Notes under the pieces: generated by a model
Database searches by the model: none
What the model was told of the DNA's origin: nothing
Seen by the model: only the letters and a program-made list of their open reading frames with translations
Shown: positions 63,876 through 64,000 of the stretch, piece by piece
How the letters are laid out: each line of letters begins with the position of its first letter
Numbering within the stretch: position 1 is the stretch's first letter
Program-made: the position numbers and the translations under genes
DNA from: Parasitella parasitica NRRL 2501
Lineage: Eukaryota > Fungi > Mucoromycota
Reading direction: 5' to 3'
Length of the DNA stretch: 64,000 nt
Assembly: GCA_025201805.1 (NCBI GenBank)
Contig: MU619254.1
Location: forward strand, 20,379 to 84,378

Positions 63876-64000
63876 TGTTCTTTCTTTGATATGGGATATG
63901 CTGACTTAACAACAGATGTAGTACAGTTGACGAAACTAGGTTGGGCCAATGAAAATAAATTTTGGTCATTTCCAAATTGAGTTGGGACACGATTACAAAA

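Noticed and set aside
1-64000. U12-type introns, TGA-CTA readthrough signals, tRNAs, rRNA, CRISPR arrays
   Set aside because: The donors I checked were GT (one GC) without the RTATCCTT signature, the stop contexts I checked lacked the readthrough motif, and no such RNA genes or arrays were recognised by eye. A tRNAscan/Infernal run is needed to exclude them.

Overview
AT-rich, intron-dense eukaryotic DNA with short (~50-100 nt) GT-AG introns. Gene content and style suggest a Mucorales fungus (Mucor-like); this is inference, not a database match. About 28 protein genes can be reconstructed by eye. In order: RCL1, RPB11, a focadhesin/RST1-like ARM protein, an F-box protein, a DEAD-box helicase, a Gcn4/CpcA bZIP with a uORF leader, alkaline ceramidase, an HSF-type factor, threonine aldolase, a PQ-loop transporter, a Cdc12-type septin, a small ORF, DMC1, PHS1, an MpaB/DUF2236-like oxygenase, a TTP/Cth2-type CCCH protein, eIF2B-gamma, a protein of unknown function, a StuA-type APSES factor, copper amine oxidase, a two-exon I78 protease-inhibitor gene missed by the ORF track, an Mbp1/Res-type factor, a siderophore-iron transporter, an MBOAT acyltransferase, aldose 1-epimerase, and two head-to-head paralogous multi-pass membrane proteins resembling the CtvD/AurD/AscI membrane hydrolase-cyclase family. 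Decayed Crypton/NDC10-like and IS630/Tc1 transposon relics are also present. The best candidate for an undescribed system is the 52.8-60.6 kb block (membrane cyclase-like pair, MBOAT, epimerase and an iron-element-bearing transporter). The clearest regulatory signals are the Gcn4 leader with an upstream ATGACTCAT, three ATCTGATAA elements before the siderophore transporter, and a PxIxIT motif in the HSF protein. No tRNA, rRNA or CRISPR array was recognised. All family assignments come from remembered motifs; no searches were run.
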